From Escherichia coli (GTDB taxonomy: Bacteria; Pseudomonadota; Gammaproteobacteria; Enterobacterales; Enterobacteriaceae): DNA of 8,688 nucleotides. The notes beneath the pieces were generated by a model. The model was not told the DNA's origin. It saw nothing but the letters and a program-made list of their open reading frames with translations, and ran no database searches. Positions within the stretch are counted from its first letter, which is position 1. Each line of letters starts with the position of its first letter. The position numbers were made by a program, and so were the translations under genes. The stretch lies in the NCBI RefSeq assembly GCF_003334335.1, contig NZ_QOWQ01000068.1. One strand, written 5' to 3'. Below, piece by piece: positions 6,414-8,688 of the stretch.

Positions 6414-6871
6414 ACAGAGTAACCGCGATTATCTCCGCTCTGGTTATCTGCATCATCGTCTACCTGTCATGGGCTGTTAATCATTACCGTGATAACGCCA
6501 TTACCTACAAAGCCCAGCGCGACAAAAATGCCAGAGAACTGAAGCTGGCGAACGCGGCAATTACTGACATGCAGATGCGTCAGCGTGATGTTGCTGCGCT
6601 CGATGCAAAATACACGAAGGAGTTAGCTGATGCGAAAGCTGAAAATGATGCTCTGCGTGATGATGTTGCCGCTGGTCGTCGTCGGTTGCACATCAAAGCA
6701 GTCTGTCAGTCAGTGCGTGAAGCCACCACCGCCTCCGGCGTGGATAATGCAGCCTCCCCCCGACTGGCAGACACCGCTGAACGGGATTATTTCACCCTCA
6801 GAGAGAGGCTGATCACTATGCAAAAACAACTGGAAGGAACCCAGAAGTATATTAATGAGCAGTGCAGATAG
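6410..6871 (+). CDS. rzpD: i-spanin Rz, 153 aa
   Basis: The ATG at 6410 overlaps the endolysin stop (ATGA). There is an N-terminal TM helix, then a coiled-coil-like charged region. The sequence matches remembered RzpD. Confidence 0.9.
   Translation: MNRVTAIISALVICIIVYLSWAVNHYRDNAITYKAQRDKNARELKLANAAITDMQMRQRDVAALDAKYTKELADAKAENDALRDDVAAGRRRLHIKAVCQSVREATTASGVDNAASPRLADTAERDYFTLRERLITMQKQLEGTQKYINEQCR
6630..6812 (+). CDS. rzoD: o-spanin Rz1 lipoprotein, 60 aa, embedded in the +1 frame of Rz
   Basis: Lipobox VVG|C20 and a proline-rich mature part ([16 protein letters not shown]). The gene is wholly nested inside Rz, as in lambda and phage 21. Confidence 0.85.
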   Translation: MRKLKMMLCVMMLPLVVVGCTSKQSVSQCVKPPPPPAWIMQPPPDWQTPLNGIISPSERG

Positions 6872-6896
6872 AGTTGCCCATATCGATGGGCAACTC
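6871..6896. terminator. Perfect 11-bp hairpin between convergent Rz and bor (bidirectional stop or stability element)
   Basis: GAGTTGCCCAT-ATCG-ATGGGCAACTC fills most of the 31-bp gap between the two stop codons. There is no clear U-tract on either side, so intrinsic termination is uncertain. Confidence 0.45.
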
Positions 6897-6902
6897 ATGC
6901 AA

Positions 6903-7196
6903 TTATTGTGAGCAATACACACGCGCTTCCAGCGGAGTATAAATGCCTAAAGTAATAAAACCGAGCAATCCATTTACGAATGTTTGCTGGGTTTCTGTTT
7001 TAACAACATTTTCTGCGCCGCCACAAATTTTGGCTGCATCGACAGTTTTCTTCTGCCCAATTCCAGAAACGAAGAAATGATGGGTGATGGTTTCCTTTGG
7101 TGCTACTGCTGCCGGTTTGTTTTGAACAGTAAACGTCTGTTGAGCACATCCTGTAATAAGCAGGGCCAGCGCAGTAGCGAGTAGCATTTTTTTCAT
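6903..7196 (-). CDS. borD: Bor serum-resistance outer-membrane lipoprotein, 97 aa
   Basis: MKKMLLATALALLITG|CAQQTFTVQNK.. has a lipobox and matches remembered lambda Bor/BorD. It sits immediately after Rz on the opposite strand. Confidence 0.95.
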   Translation of the reverse strand: MKKMLLATALALLITGCAQQTFTVQNKPAAVAPKETITHHFFVSGIGQKKTVDAAKICGGAENVVKTETQQTFVNGLLGFITLGIYTPLEARVYCSQ

Positions 7197-7486
7197 GGTG
7201 TTATTCCCGATGCTTTTTGAAGTTCGCAGAATCGTATGTGTAGAAAATTAAACAAACCCTAAACAATGAGTTGAAATTTCATATTGTTAATATTTATTAA
7301 TGTATGTCAGGTGCGATGAATCGTCATTGTATTCCCGGATTAACTATGTCCACAGCCCTGACGGGGAACTTCTCTGCGGGAGTGTCCGGGAATAATTAAA
7401 AACGATGCACACAGGGTTTAGCGCGTACACGTATTGCATTATGCCAACGCCCCGGTGCTGACACGGAAGAAACCGGACGTTATGAT

Positions 7487-7897
7487 TTAGCGTGGAAAGA
7501 TTTGTGTAGTGTTCTGAATGCTCTCAGTAAATAGTAATGAATTATCAAAGGTATAGTAATATCTTTTATGTTCATGGATATTTGTAACCCATCGGAAAAC
7601 TCCTGCTTTAGCAAGATTTTCCCTGTATTGCTGAAATGTGATTTCTCTTGATTTCAACCTATCATAGGACGTTTCTATAAGATGCGTGTTTCTTGAGAAT
7701 TTAACATTTACAACCTTTTTAAGTCCTTTTATTAACACGGTGTTATCGTTTTCTAACACGATGTGAATATTATCTGTGGCTAGATAGTAAATATAATGTG
7801 AGACGTTGTGACGTTTTAGTTCAGAATAAAACAATTCACAGTTTAAATCTTTTCGCACTTGATCGAATATTTCTTTAAAAATGGCAACCTGAGCCAT
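7487..7897 (-). CDS. ybcV: DUF1398-family protein YbcV, 136 aa (the longer 177-aa reading to 8020 is less likely)
   Basis: The ATG at 7897 ([11 protein letters not shown]..) has GGAAGG 8 nt upstream. The track's start at 8020 is a GTG with no SD. The sequence matches remembered YbcV and the lambda right-end ORF. Confidence 0.8.
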   Translation of the reverse strand: MAQVAIFKEIFDQVRKDLNCELFYSELKRHNVSHYIYYLATDNIHIVLENDNTVLIKGLKKVVNVKFSRNTHLIETSYDRLKSREITFQQYRENLAKAGVFRWVTNIHEHKRYYYTFDNSLLFTESIQNTTQIFPR

Positions 7898-8182
7898 TGG
7901 TAAAACCTTCCATGTGATACGAGGGCGCGTAGTTTGCATTATCGTTTTTATCGTTTCAATCTGGTCTGACCTCTTTGTGTTTTGTTGATGATTTATGTCA
8001 AATATTAGGAATGTTTTCACTTAATAGTATTGGTTGCGTAACAAAGTGCGGTCCTGCTGGCATTCTGGAGGGAAATACAACCGACAGATGTATGTAAGGC
8101 CAACGTGCTCAAATCTTCATACAGAAAGATTTGAAGTAATATTTTAACCGCTAGATGAAGAGCAAGCGCATGGAGCGACAAA

Positions 8183-8389
8183 ATGAATAAAGAACAATCT
8201 GCTGATGATCCCTCCGTGGATCTGATTCGTGTAAAAAATATGCTTAATAGCACCATTTCTATGAGTTACCCTGATGTTGTAATTGCATGTATAGAACATA
8301 AGGTGTCTCTGGAAGCATTCAGAGCAATTGAGGCAGCGTTGGTGAAGCACGATAATAATATGAAGGATTATTCCCTGGTGGTTGACTGA
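8183..8389 (+). CDS. ybcW: Small lambda right-end protein YbcW, 68 aa
   Basis: [33 protein letters not shown].. matches remembered YbcW and the lambda right-end ORF. Function unknown. Confidence 0.75.
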
Positions 8390-8553
8390 TCACCATAACT
8401 GCTAATCATTCAAACTATTTAGCCTGTGACAGAGCCAACACGCAGTCTGTCACTGTCAGGAAAGTGGTAAAACTGCAACTCAATTACTGCAATGCCCTCG
8501 TAATTAAGTGAATTTACAATATCGTCCTGTTCGGAGGGAAGAACGCGGGATGT

Positions 8554-8688
8554 TCATTCTTCATCACTTTTAATTGATGTATATGCTCTCTTTTCTGACG
8601 TTAGTCTCCGACGGCAGGCTTCAATGACCCAGGCTGAGAAATTCCCGGACCCTTTTTGCTCAAGAGCGATGTTAATTTGTTCAATCAT
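8554..8688 (-). CDS. ylcI: YlcI/DUF3950-type small ribbon-helix-helix-like protein, 5' end cut by the window edge
   Basis: Reading the minus strand from the window end gives (M)IEQINIALEQKGSGNFSAWVIEACRRRLTSEKRAYTSIKSDEE*, with the stop at 8554-8556. From memory of lambda and K-12, the real start lies about 20 codons beyond the window. The SAWVIEACRRRL helix looks RHH-like. Confidence 0.6.
   Translation of the reverse strand: MIEQINIALEQKGSGNFSAWVIEACRRRLTSEKRAYTSIKSDEE

Larger units (their letters stand above)
1..8688. mobile_element. Lambdoid prophage segment (DLP12/qsr'/PA-2-like early-right and late region with a lambda-type right end)
   Basis: The gene order is ren remnant, NinB/NinE/RusA nin genes, Q antiterminator, porin moron, holin-endolysin-Rz/Rz1, bor. 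The proteins match remembered DLP12 and lambda proteins almost residue for residue. Confidence 0.9.

Noticed and set aside
7898-8020. 41-codon N-terminal extension of ybcV (GTG start, 177-aa version as in the older lambda annotation)
   Set aside because: There is no SD before the GTG, whereas the ATG at 7897 has GGAAGG at ideal spacing. I keep it as a stated alternative, not excluded.
5985-8350. ORFs 5985-6170(-), 6710-6922(-), 6984-7184(+), 8017-8256(-) and 8144-8350(-)
   Set aside because: They are antisense to or overlapping the endolysin, Rz, bor and ybcW. None has a recognisable product or start signal.
8426-8458. Hairpin GTGACAGA/TCTGTCAC and tandem CTGTCA CTGTCA between ybcW and ylcI
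   Set aside because: I recall the same sequence in lambda. It is probably just a convergent-gene terminator or stability hairpin. It is too short to call a repeat element.

Overview
The window is a lambdoid prophage segment. It runs from a decayed ren gene through the nin region, a Q antiterminator, a reverse-oriented porin moron, the lysis cassette, bor and the lambda-type right-end genes. It stops just short of where cos and terminase would be expected. From memory, it matches E. coli DLP12 (qsr')/PA-2 gene for gene: ylcH-ybcN(ninB)-ninE-ybcO-rusA-ylcG-quuD | nmpC with its ipeX 3'UTR | essD-rrrD-rzpD/rzoD | borD-ybcV-ybcW-ylcI. nmpC is uninterrupted here. The one part I cannot match to any phage backbone is an AT-rich island of about 1.5 kb (roughly 284-1815) between the ren remnant and ylcH. 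It holds a divergently oriented 63-aa two-helix membrane protein and a translationally coupled pair of outer-membrane lipoproteins: an orphan 186-aa lipoprotein and a 150-aa SlyB/Pcp-type glycine-zipper lipoprotein. This island is my best candidate for an undescribed prophage-borne envelope-remodelling or superinfection-exclusion module, but its function is inference only. I saw no tRNA, CRISPR array or IS element.
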